A stretch of 64,000 nucleotides of DNA, taken from contig JAKMXF010000266.1 of assembly GCA_024704765.1 (NCBI GenBank), forward strand, positions 310,001 to 374,000, read 5' to 3'. The first letter of the stretch is position 1; each line of letters starts with the position of its first letter. The notes below the pieces were generated by a model. That model did not search any database. It saw only the letters and a program-made list of their open reading frames with translations, and had not been told where the DNA came from. Source of the DNA: Oopsacas minuta. Lineage: Eukaryota; Animalia; Porifera. The translations under genes were made by a program, and so were the position numbers. Of the stretch, positions 1 to 10,968 are shown piece by piece.

Positions 1-371
1 TGCCTGGATGCGGTATTGAGAATTGTGCTCAATGTTACTCTGGCATTTGTACAGTTTGTTTCAGCAATTATTCTCTAACCTTTGAGAATAGTTGTGGACC
101 GATTCAAGTTAATCCAATACCAATAACCAACACAGACAATACACTTGCAATTATACTAGGCACCATCGCTGGCCTAGCTTTGCTTTGCATGATTATAGCA
201 GGCCTTCTAATAGCCGCAGGAATTGCAATAGTTTATTATAAAAAGTCAAAACTACAACTAATACGAGCAGATCCAGATCCAGATAAGGAAATGAACGGAG
301 TAAACTTTGATAATCCTCTTTATGAAAGTAGGCTAACTGAAAGCAAGGAAAACCTCGTGGAGTCTCCTTGA
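1..371 (+). CDS. 3' end of a single-pass membrane protein: Cys-rich (furin-like/VSP-like) ectodomain segment, TM helix, cytoplasmic FDNPxY tail; 5'-truncated by window edge
   Basis: Frame of ORF 180..371 is open from base 3: PGCGIENCAQCYSGICTVCFSNYSLTFENSC..., then hydrophobic LAIILGTIAGLALLCMIIAGLLIAAGIAIVYY, basic stop-transfer KKSK, and NFDNPLY motif; stop TGA at 369-371. Confidence 0.75.
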   Translation, partial: PGCGIENCAQCYSGICTVCFSNYSLTFENSCGPIQVNPIPITNTDNTLAIILGTIAGLALLCMIIAGLLIAAGIAIVYYKKSKLQLIRADPDPDKEMNGVNFDNPLYESRLTESKENLVESP

Positions 372-1046
372 ATACAAAACGATAGATTGTAACGTATGTT
401 ATGTATCCAGTTACATACTTCCCAACTTGTACCTTTATGTATAATGCTTAGATTTCTGGAATCTATATATAAACTAATTATACATTTTCATGAATTGTGT
501 GCATATTGTAAAACGAGCCTATTGCAGAACTTTCAGCACTCACGATTACGGGCTACCTTCCTATGAATGTTATCCTCATTCCGAATTCCTTCGAGGGAAC
601 ACTGGAATTCCCAGTGAACGGCCCAATATCCCATTTGTAATGTTAAGTCACGCCAATTTTCACTTTTATATCGAAGTTATATTGTCTAAACAGAGAGAAT
701 ATAATTACAGTAGAACTGTGATGAGACATACCACCTCGGGAAACAAAAAATAGTACGTCTCATCAGAATATTTTCCAATACAATTAGTACAAAATTGAAA
801 TTGATGATCCGTTTTTGAGAAAATACTTCTTATCCGAGTTTTACTGTACATTCCAAAACTAATCAAAATGCCATTCCTCCTATAATTGTATTTATTCCTA
901 GTATGCTTATACAGCTTACTAACCAGGAGGTTATCAATCTTCTACTGTCCTTACTTGAATTCTTTTATTGTTTTATTCATTTAATTTACATTATTTCGCT
1001 ATTTTATTGAATTATAGCAATACTATCCTGACCAGACTATACTGTT

Positions 1047-2211
1047 ATGGCTGATACATCCACAACAACAACCGATCCAGGTATGGCGATTATATTTAGT
1101 GTCTAGAATCGTATGCTAATATACTCGACAAAGTGGTTAGAAAGTAAATACAGTGGATGCCGATTATAAGAGCACGTATTGATACCCCAAAGGGGGTTCT
1201 TATAACCTGCATCCACTGCACCTCGTCCAAGCGTGTTAATTTCCATACAAACAAAGTCCAAAATGCTACCAACCTGAACCTTTATGTAATAAATTTTGTG
1301 TTTCCGGAATATTTTTGGGAAATTAGTTTATAGAATATATTTTCAGGATATGTCCATTGTCATTTCTCAAAGTCTTTCCCGCAATTCATCCCAACGACAT
1401 TTACAATCACCTTCCGTTATATCGAACATATATAAATCGAAACGCCCGTTTATTTTGAAATAATCATCACGGTACTGTGAGCTTCGAGATAACGGGAGTT
1501 GAATCACTTGACCTTATTTATTATATATACACATTTATATCAGATACAAGTGCTACAATTGAGACTCCTCCTGATGAAGGTGAGTTGTAGCTAATTCCTG
1601 TTTCTCTCGGAAATTTGAATCCTCAAATAACTTCTATATAATTGCTGTATAAAACCGGGCGTGTAAATAGAATATTCTCGAATCAGTATTGGAATGTTAT
1701 TGACCGTTTGTTTCATTAATTTAATTCTCGTAACCATTTCCCTTGATTGAACGATTATAGTTAATAAAGTTACGTTCTCTAGCGTCAAGCACCGAATCTA
1801 AACCAGTAACTGAACCCGCTGAGAAACCAGCTGTAGAACCTGTAGCAGAACCCGTAGAACCAGCTGTAGAACCTGTAGCAGAACCCTTAGAACCAGCTGT
1901 AACTAATGAGGGAGCTCTGAAAGAGCTCGCTGCTCCTGAAGATGAAGTAAGACAGAAACCAATATCCAAGACTGTATACCTTCCCAGGAGTAAGGTAATT
2001 ACTTATTCTATCCGAGTTTCTCTCACTGTTCATTATTTGTAGCCAATTTACATATATCTGAAATTCTTTACTTACTCAATAGTTTGTAAAACGTGGTATT
2101 ACTGCCCTTCGGGATCGTTCTGTGAAGAACATTGAAATTTGTACATTTATTGACCAATGGATCACCAGTCCATCCAAATTAACTCCTACTTCTCCGTCAC
2201 GAATTATTTGA
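1047..2211 (+). CDS. Hidden 4-exon gene for a 136-aa acidic Pro/Glu/Ala/Val-rich protein of unknown function (exons 1047-1080, 1544-1579, 1783-1994, 2083-2211)
   Basis: Manual splicing at GT..AG sites (gtatgg/cag, gtgagt/tag, gtaatt/tag) keeps one open frame of 411 nt: MADTSTTTTDP-DTSATIETPPDE-ASSTESKPVTEPAEKPAVEPVAEPVEPAVEPVAEPLEPAV...VYLPRSK-FVKRGITALRDRSVKNIEICTFIDQWITSPSKLTPTSPSRII*. Not in the ORF track. Confidence 0.7.
1151..1218. mobile_element. 68-bp hairpin element (MITE-like, Tc1/mariner-type CAGTG termini) in intron 1 of the small gene
   Basis: CAGTGGATGCCGATTATAAGA ... TCTTATAACCTGCATCCACTG inverted termini; TA on the left flank only. Confidence 0.5.
1404..1505. mobile_element. 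pogo/Tigger-like MITE, family A
   Basis: Imperfect TIRs CAATCACCTTCCGTTATATCGAA ... TTCGAGATAACGGGAGTTGAATC; related to copies at about 18950-19021, 19423-19467 and 28805-28892. Confidence 0.55.
1824..1901 (+). repeat. 33-bp coding tandem repeat, about 2.4 copies (EPAVEPVAEP[V/L])
   Basis: (A/G)AACCAGCTGTAGAACCTGTAGCAGAACCC(G/T)TA repeated inside exon 3 of the hidden gene. Confidence 0.85.
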
Positions 2212-3759
2212 ATACCGCCAATACATTTCTATTATCCATAGTACTAATATTATGCATTTCTAAGTGAAAGTTATTTCAATATTATTAATTGTTTGAAATA
2301 TTCATACTAATGCATGTTCTCCATTCTCATTACGAATTCCTAATTCTGAGAATCTAATCACAAATTTGCATCAAAATTCATATGAACTATCTGAATAGAT
2401 ACAATTAAAGAACATGTTATTGGTGCTAATATTATCATATTGAATATATATAATCCTAGCATGTGACTCATAATATCTATTTTTATAACCTCAGGAATGA
2501 TATATTTCCATCTAATATGTGTTACCAATTAATCTGTAACTAGTGAATAGCATTTCATTACTCTTGCCCATCTGCTATACGCATGTTATCCTGATATTTA
2601 CATGTGTAAGAGAAGAGAAACTACGCCATCCCTCTACGTGTATGTGAATTGTGTGTTATCATCATTGCCATTGCCTACACAATTACACCCTTTATATATT
2701 CTACATCCAACATTTTTTATGAGGATTTCAACTTTCTAAAATTATCTTGAACTTTGTATAATAATTAATCTCACACGTCTATCTTCTACTTCTGAAAAAT
2801 AACAAAATCGTTATTGTAACTGTATTCAGACTGTATTTTGCTAAGCTATAAGATTGTACGTGAGTAACGGCTTGTATAATTATCTCAAAAGTGACTTAAT
2901 TCGAATCTTGATTATGTCTGAAGCAGATTTTTACTTACAAATGTAAGACGGAATTCCTCACTTTACTCAATATTCAGTTTTGCAGGACAAAATTAATTTT
3001 GAAACCTTTCCATTAGTATTCATACACAGCGCATAGAGATAATATAAAACAAATTGGTTAATGCGACTAACACCTGTATTCAAGATGTCCAATTAATCAC
3101 AGTAAACTGTATTGATATTGAAGTAATATAAATATTTATACCTTATACTCAAACAATACTTTCCACTTCATAATTGACTTAACGTTATGACCTGCTGGTG
3201 TAGGTACACACTAAACACAATGAAACCTTCCTGCCTTGTTACCTATCTCTTAGATAATGCATTTCACATATCATTTTGATTCTGTACTATTTCGTATTGA
3301 TTCAGTACAACATATGGTTAGAACTAATTTGAATAAGTGTCTATATTGGCACAAATGTATAGTGAGCTCATTTGTTCCCTTTATCCTCATACAATAGTAC
3401 TGAATTACAAAGTTTCACTCATAAAATGCCAATTAATCATTTTGAGTGGCTAGGCTATAAAATTACTAGACTCTAATTGTTTTTGTGGATACGATAACAC
3501 AGTGTACACTTTCTATTGTTAATTCATTCAATTATTTCTGTGATAAATGTTTATATTATCATATGAACTCGTCATTGAAAAACTAATCTTTTAACCTGAA
3601 GCTATGTAGAGTACATATACGTTAATGTCATCATATTTTTATAGGAGTATTATTGTTTATCTCATTACAAACTTGACTTGTAAGATTTGTGTTTACGTAG
3701 TTAGTTTATTGTTATAGACTATTTTAGTCCGTGCTAGGTAACATATTTGTGACGTAGGG

Positions 3760-3861
3760 TGCAAGTCGCAGATCCATAAGGAATTCACAGCGGTTCGGGG
3801 GGACCCCTACTGTTGTCTGTAGACCACCAAGGAATCCATGGACCCCAGATTGGAACCTCTG
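3760..3861 (-). mobile_element. Degenerate hAT/Charlie-like transposon end
   Basis: GC-richer patch; the reverse strand begins CAGAGGTTCCAATCTGGGGTCCATGGATTCC, resembling hAT-type termini recalled from other animals. A loosely similar patch lies at about 26058-26170. Confidence 0.35.
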
Positions 3862-4343
3862 GGATAGAGACACGCTTGCTAATTGATCTTGTCATCATAC
3901 TTTAATTTGATTTATTCAATATGTGGCATGACTGTGCTAACGATACATAACTCTGGTAAAAGTTCAATTGACTAATAAATGTCCAATTCAAATAATTTAC
4001 TCAACTTTGTGAACTTATCTAGCTACAACTACTTACCTTATGCTGAGCTACAGCATAAATCATCAAATTTAGTAGTAAGGTAGATTATCATATGTTAGAT
4101 TAACACTATGGACATTTTAGGAGGAATATCCTATCAGTTTCTAACCAGTATTCAGCCACAGTGCTTTCTCCCATAAATTTGACTACATTTTATGTCTGGA
4201 AGCCAAGCAGTAGATTCAGATTGCAGAGTAATTTAATACACAATCCAATAGCATAATAGAGTATAAATACTTATAACTCAATTGCTTTTGTTTAAAATAA
4301 AATATATTATTATTTTGTCGGCTAACTTAGTTTTGGAATAAAT

Positions 4344-5234
4344 ATGGGTAATCTAAGTTGTGTCGGCTCTAGAAGATTGGGTAGCTCGGTTCCAGACCAG
4401 AATTTGAGTGGTTCATTGCCTGGCAGAGACTTCACACAAATTCAAAAGCCTGTTATTGAAATACCACAATTTGCACCTAATAAGTTATTATCAATCTCAG
4501 CACTTACAGTTGATGAAGATAGCATAATATATGCGGTAGACACCTCTTCGAAAGGTGTAGTAGTATTTGCACCTGATGGTCACTTCTTATACAAGTTCAT
4601 TTCGAATGAAATCGGACAGCCTCATTTCATTGAGCCCTGGGGAATTGCAGTTTGGAAAGACCAAATATACGTTTCTGATATATCAAGACATGATGTGCAG
4701 ATTTTCACACTTTCAGGTGATCACATATACACGATAGAATGGTCACTAAAAAGCCCAAAAGGAATCGCTGTATCGCAAACTGGAAATCTCTATGTGACAG
4801 ACGACGCGACAAACTCAGTACAAATATTCAATTCAGAACATAAACAAATTGCTTCAATCGGAAGTGATAAGTTATACAAACCTTGTGATGTGAAAGTTGA
4901 TGCAAAGAATAATGTTTATGTTCTTGACTGGAACAATCCTTGTATGCATATTTTCAACTCATCAGGTGAATTAGTACGAGAATTCGCGACGCGTGGTGAT
5001 CAACAGGAGATTTTCCTTCCATCTTATTTCGCATTAGATTCCTACGGAACCGTTATTATCAGTGATAGCTGGCAATATCCAATAGCCGTATATACTCCCA
5101 CAGGGGAGCTAGCTAAGCAGTACCCAGGCTGGGGTAACCGAATCATCATATTCCATCTTCCTAAAGGTTTAGCAATTGACAAACATGACCGATTTATTGT
5201 CGGTGACATGACACAAGGAATCAAGATATACTGA
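4344..5234 (+). CDS. NHL-repeat beta-propeller protein (TRIM-NHL-like propeller without RING/B-box/coiled coil), intronless, possible N-myristoylation
   Basis: Repeats such as FIEPWGIAVWKDQIYVSD, LKSPKGIAVSQTGNLYVTD, LYKPCDVKVDAKNNVYVLD and [19 protein letters not shown]; N-terminus MGNLSC. Confidence 0.88.
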   Translation: MGNLSCVGSRRLGSSVPDQNLSGSLPGRDFTQIQKPVIEIPQFAPNKLLSISALTVDEDSIIYAVDTSSKGVVVFAPDGHFLYKFISNEIGQPHFIEPWGIAVWKDQIYVSDISRHDVQIFTLSGDHIYTIEWSLKSPKGIAVSQTGNLYVTDDATNSVQIFNSEHKQIASIGSDKLYKPCDVKVDAKNNVYVLDWNNPCMHIFNSSGELVREFATRGDQQEIFLPSYFALDSYGTVIISDSWQYPIAVYTPTGELAKQYPGWGNRIIIFHLPKGLAIDKHDRFIVGDMTQGIKIY

Positions 5235-5450
5235 ACGAATTCTCTGTTTTAATCAAATGTCAAATAGTCTAAAGAATGTTTTATTTAGTGAAATGTTTCC
5301 CTCTCACTATTTTATACTTTCCAATTAAATTCTTAATTTGCTATTCGTTAAATATTATTGCTAAATAAGGTCTAATTCCATTTTAACGTTATTAATAGAA
5401 TATTTAACTGAATTCTACCAAATGCGTATTTCCATCTCATACACCAACAA

Positions 5451-5640
5451 TCACCATTTCCCTGAAATTTCTAATTCCTTGGATTTCCAAGTTTTGCAAC
5501 CATAAATAGCAATTACAGGCAAATATTTTGGAAAATGGTACATGTAATTGCAAATTTTAATTTTTCTCGAATCTTCCCTGTATTTCTTCTCTAATCCCGA
5601 TATAATCCTGACATTACGAGAGAGGGTTGGCAAGCTTGCA
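5451..5640 (-). mobile_element. Possible decayed RTE/LINE reverse-transcriptase C-terminal fragment
   Basis: Minus-strand ORF contains SRKIKICNYMY...LPVIAIYGCKTW, resembling the recalled LINE motif K.KxxIY...LPVLLYGCETW; short and isolated. Confidence 0.3.
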
Positions 5641-5775
5641 TTCTCCAATTTTACATAACACAAATTCGAGTTACAAATCCCTGATAGAAATCGCGTAATT
5701 GATTCCGAACTCGAATAGTCATTTGATATTTGTATATTCTTATTATTTCCCCATTCAATTTACATATATTCTCAG

Positions 5776-8700
5776 ATATGGGTTACCAATCCTCATGAAA
5801 CATCTGAAATACTCATGACTGAGACAGGGGTGGGTTCTATGGCTCCAAGCACTGTTATAGATTTGTTCAAAGCAACTTGTACAAAATACAGTTCTGTAAT
5901 CGCTATCTGTGAAAAGATCGATAATCAAAAGCTATACACTGGATTTACATATAAGGAATATTGGGAGACGAGTTGGACTGCTGCACGCGCTATGCGTAAG
6001 GTGAGCCTATTAACATGGATTCATTCTTTGTTAGTTGTTTGATTTATTTGAGCCGTTTTTCCTGTTAGCTTGGATTCGAGCCTTTTCGAGCTGTCTGTGT
6101 TGTTGGGTTCAATTCTCATGAATGGTTTGTCTCTTGCATCGCAGCAATGTTAGGAGGGTGAGTTTGTTGGATTTCTTTATGAAATATTTCTGATAAAGTT
6201 TTAAGGTTTATATCTGATACATTTTTATTGTATATCTTTTGGTATACAGTGGTATGTGTGCTGGTGTGTACACTACGAACAGCCCTGATGCTTGTGCTTA
6301 TGTAGCACAAGATTGTAAAGCTCAGCTATACTTTGTTGAAGACGATAAGCAGTTACAGAAAATTCTACAGGTCAGCTGTCTAGAAATGATATTTTTTCGA
6401 AATTCATTGAATATCGTTTTTCTCCAAATTTTCTGACAATTTTATTCCTTTAGGTCCGTGATCGGCTACCTGACTTGAAGTGTATTATTCAGTTCAAAGG
6501 TCAACTGACTGGCCAATATGACAGTGTTATGTTATGGAAAGAATTCTTGGAGATGGGCAGATCTACTACTTCTGCGAAAACTGGTAATTTCTAATAAATA
6601 TTGACATTTTTGCGTTCTGTCATTTTTGCCAAATTGAATTCGGTTTTTTTCAGAGGGAGGAAATGAGGAAGATTCGAAACCTGAGAAAGATAGTATAGAT
6701 ACAGATTTAGAAAACATTGTCCAACAAATAACACCAGAGAGATGTGCTCTACTTATCTATACTTCAGGGACAACTGGGAATCCTAAAGGTGTAATGCTTA
6801 GCCATGATAATGTAAGTGAATTACAAACTCGGTTTCAGCCAAATTCTGCTCCCACCATTTCGCTATTCCCGGGTTTAATACATATACTGTAGGTTTTAAG
6901 TCAACTGATTACAAATAGATTATGCTTGCATTGATTTAGTTTAGAGATATCATGTCTTGGTTAGCCATCTTGTAATAATTATTACGCACAACGAGGGTAG
7001 TATCAACTAATTCTGACTATTTCGTAACACATCTGGTGAATTGGCCTAATAATATTTGATTAGCAACTCTACAACCCGCCTCCCACAAAGAATTTGAATC
7101 ATAATTAAATATTATACTATCATGTTCGGATATCTTCTCAATATCTTATTTTACATCTTGCAATCGTAAAAACACATTTATCTACTAAATATTTCTGGTA
7201 GCCACTCAGAATCTAAGAATCTGATTAGCGTGTCTTTTGAATAGCAATGAGTACGTAGAGTTGAATCATTTTCAAGCTTCCCATCTTAGAATTGAAATCT
7301 CCTTAATTGCCATTAATACAGAGCAATTTTGTGAATTTGTACTGTGTTGAATGCTTGTGGGAATTCTATGTCGCATTTTACAATTGGCTTCAGTTCGAAC
7401 CGGCGTGGCAGTTCGTATGAACTTTTGAATTATGAATTACGAGGAGGAATTTGAAATATTTGCAACTACCATGGAATGTTGTGAAGGGATGGAAAGGATG
7501 GAAGTGACTTGAATTATGATTAGGGAATAGTTTGAGTTCCAAGCTGGTCACAAGGTTTGGAAAATATTTAAATTTAGAAAATCAAATTATGTGAGATGTT
7601 TCGTCATAATTTTCGTTATTTAGTATTTGGGGCGATAGATCAAACAAATTTTAATAGCGCCACTGACAAACATGACCGATTTATTGTATAATTTCGCAGC
7701 GATTAAACGCATATTTCATCCTTGTAACCTCTATAGCTGATGTTTACTGTTGAAGCTATGAGACGATTTAATCCAGACTTTAGGACTGGAGATGAACAAA
7801 TAGTATCTTATCTCCCTCTAAGTCATATAGCAGCTCAGATAGCTGATATATACCTACCTATTTCTGCTGCTGGTACTGTGTGGATTGCTGGGAAGGATGC
7901 GCTTAAGGGTGGATTAGCTAAAACACTGCAAGAGGTTAGACCAACATACTTCTTTGGAGTACCCAGGTGAGATGAATCATATATGTTAGCCAAGCAAATA
8001 TATAGCATGCTAGCCTACTATGAATAATGCTACAGTCTAACTCCACAAACGGGGCCTCTGGAAACTATAGAACGAATTTCTAGTCCCATACAAATGAACC
8101 TCTACAAAAGGAGAATTTTGGCAGAAAAGGGGCATCATTTTCGGCGTCCCTGACATCCCGTTTGTGAAGGTTACATTGTATAATAATTAATGGAGTTGTT
8201 TATTATAAAAAATTATCATTTTAGAGTTTGGGAGAAGATTGAAGAGCGAATCAAATCCGAACTTTCAAAATCCACTGGGTTTAAAGCTAAGATTGTGAAC
8301 TGGGGTATGGAGAAAGGAAAGGTTGGGAATGCGAATAAACAGAAAAATGAACCTGTTCCTTGGGGATGGTTCTTCGCCAGCAAACTTGTATTTTCAAAGG
8401 TTTGTATTTAATTTCTGGAGACTGCGTAGTTTAAAATATATGAATAAATTGATTTTGTATTTTAGATTAGGACTAAGCTAGGACTAGACAGATGTCGTAT
8501 ACAGATAACAGGAGCAGCTCCTATCAGTCCTCAGACCTTAGAGTTCTTCTCTTCCGTTGATCTCGCCCTGTTTGAGCTATATGGTATGAGTGAGAGTACT
8601 GGCGTACAAGTACTCAATCTGCCTCAACCTAATATATGGAAAACTGGGTCTGTTGGGAAACCTTACAATGGCATTGAAATGGCGATATATCAACCTGATG

Positions 8701-10338
8701 CTGATGGTAATGGAGAGGTAGGTTCCTGATTTCGTTGTGCACATAAATACAATGTAACCTCCATTAATGGATTGCAATATGAACCGAGCAAATTCTAGGC
8801 CCCTTCCAAGAAACTCGACAAACGAGGAATTTGGCAGAAACGGTGTAGCAATTTTCAGCGTCCTTAGTTTGTGGAGGTTACACCCTATTTTGATAAGATT
8901 CGTGTATCTCTTTCGTATTTCCAATATGACATATTGTTCTTTATATTTACGTATTTTTCTACAAAGATCATCACGAAAGGCCGTCACGTGTTCATGGGTT
9001 ACTTAGGTCTAGAAGAGAAGACCAAACAAGCAATAGATGAAGACGGCTGGCTACACTCAGAAGATATTGGTAGAGTAGATAAAGATGGATTCTTCTATAT
9101 TACTGGCAGAATTAAAGGTAAGATTATATCCAATCTTTATAGCTTTTCTATTCTATCTATTTTTATAATATTTTATTATTTAGAGATTATAATAACGGCA
9201 GGAGGTGAGAACATCCCTCCAGTGTTAATAGAGAATAGTGTAAAAGCTGAGCTACCCTTCATTAGTAATATTATGGTGATTGGAGATATGAGGAAGTTTT
9301 TGAGTGCTATTATTACTATGCAGGTTAGAAAGACTCTGATTTATTAGTAAATGCGATTCTGATACATATATGATAAAACTTGTTTCATATGATTGTTGGT
9401 GTATTATATGACCAAAAATTGAATTGTACGCAGTTTGCTTGAATATGAGTTGTTATAATTAGGTTACCTTTCAGGAAGTTTAACTATCATTTGTTGTGTA
9501 ACACAGATAATGCATATGTAATCGTATTTTTCAGCTCAGGCGAATTTTAAATACAAATTTAGTAACTTCACCAATGTATTGTTGGAAAATTTATTGGTAT
9601 TATTGACGTAGTTACAATAAAGCGATTCGGTAATAGGTAGATAGAAAATCCGGTTTAAATGAGCATTATATAATGTAAGCGGTTGCTTACCTACTTATAT
9701 ACAAATCTACAGCCTTTTAACATTTGCACTATGTAATAATTCAATTTACTTTCAGTTGGTTATGGACGAGGAAACAGGTTACCCTACACAAGAGATCACT
9801 CCTCTGGCCCGTGACTTCCTCGGTGCTATCAGCTGTAAAGCAACAACAGTATCAGAGATAATTGATGATAGGAATAGTAATGAGGTGGTGTTCAAGGCTA
9901 TTCAAGAGGGAATTGATAGAGCGAATAAAGTAGCTACTTCCAACGCACAAAGGGTAAATTGAATCATATAACAACACACTAGGTGTAACCTCCATAAGCG
10001 GGGCCTTTGGAAACGGAATGAAAAAAATATAGAGCGAATTCATAGCTCCATATAAATGAATCTCCACAAACTGGGTTGGAGGTTATACAGATCCAGTAAC
10101 ATGAATGTCTACATATTTAACAAACAATTGTATATCTAGATTGCAAAATGGTCGCTTTTGGATACAGACTTCTCTATTCCAGGAGGAGAATTAGGTAAGA
10201 CTTTCATTGCTACATTTTATACGGCTAAATAATTTCATTCTTATTAACTTGTTAGGACCTACAATGAAACTAAAGCGTGGTTTTGTAACCGAGAAATATA
10301 AGCGTACTATTGATGCTTTCTACTCGGAGACCAGCTAA
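5776..10338 (+). CDS. ACSBG: Long-chain fatty acyl-CoA synthetase, bubblegum (ACSBG) family; about 13 exons; 5' start unresolved
   Basis: Exons approx. 5776-6000, 6069-6157, 6250-6370, 6453-6585, 6654-6810, 7737-7967, 8226-8399, 8467-8717, 8967-9117, 9185-9323, 9756-9954, 10140-10194, 10256-10338. Motifs [20 protein letters not shown]-binding [74 protein letters not shown]. Confidence 0.92.
8033..8177. mobile_element. MITE family B, copy 1 (ACSBG intron)
   Basis: TIR-like ends AACTCCACAAACGGG ... CCCGTTTGTGAAGGTTACA; interior GGGGCCTCTGGAAAC..TATAGAACGAATT..AAATGAACCTCTACAAA shared with copy 3. Confidence 0.6.
8750..8886. mobile_element. MITE family B, copy 2 (ACSBG intron)
   Basis: CAATGTAACCTCCA ... 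TTTGTGGAGGTTACACCC ends; interior GAATTTGGCAGAAA shared with copy 1. Confidence 0.55.
9980..10089. mobile_element. MITE family B, copy 3 (ACSBG intron)
   Basis: GGTGTAACCTCCATAAGCGGGGCCTTTGGAAAC ... TTGGAGGTTATACA; interior matches copy 1. Confidence 0.55.
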
Positions 10339-10968
10339 GTAAACATATATACAAGTTGTTTTCTTAGTATTCTATTTAGTTACTCGTGTGTATAAGGAAT
10401 CATCTTATGGTGTGATTATTACTATTTTAGAACTTATTAGAAGATTAGTTTGTGTGTTGTTATAGGCAATTGTTTCAATTGATAGTTATTTTGTTCTAGA
10501 AAGAGTAGTTTATAGTATAGAGTGTATTGTTAGTTTTAGCAGATTCTATCAAACGAGTTACCTTTGATATTACTATTGGAATGGCTCTACCGTGATTTTT
10601 GCTTGAAAATGTATATCTAGAATTATGGGAGTTAAATGGGAGCAATAGAGGAATTATTTCCAATACCAAATGGACTGCAAGTCCCTGAAAAACACTTGTG
10701 CGAATATTGTTAATATTTTTCTGCGTTTTTGTCTGGTCATCAGTTAAATCTCGCGATCATCGTAAATGTGCCAACGTTGATCGCTGTATAAGTAAACTCG
10801 TTACATGCCTTGTGCCCGATCTCGTTCCATTAACACAGCATTACTATGGTTTCTGAGACACATTTCCTAATTTCAAATAGCCCATAATCTCATTTATACT
10901 ATGTTCCTAAGCAAAATCATATTTCCTTTAAAATATGTCATTTTTCTCAGTGAAATAACTTAGCTCTG

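Noticed and set aside
490-753. 87-aa + strand ORF with small hairpins (CACTGG-AATTC-CCAGTG)
   Set aside because: No recognisable motif and atypical composition; it sits where the 3'UTR of the first gene is expected, and short hairpins arise by chance.
1824-1901. Direct repeats as a possible CRISPR-like array
   Set aside because: No unique spacers; the repeats are in-frame coding units in a eukaryotic exon.
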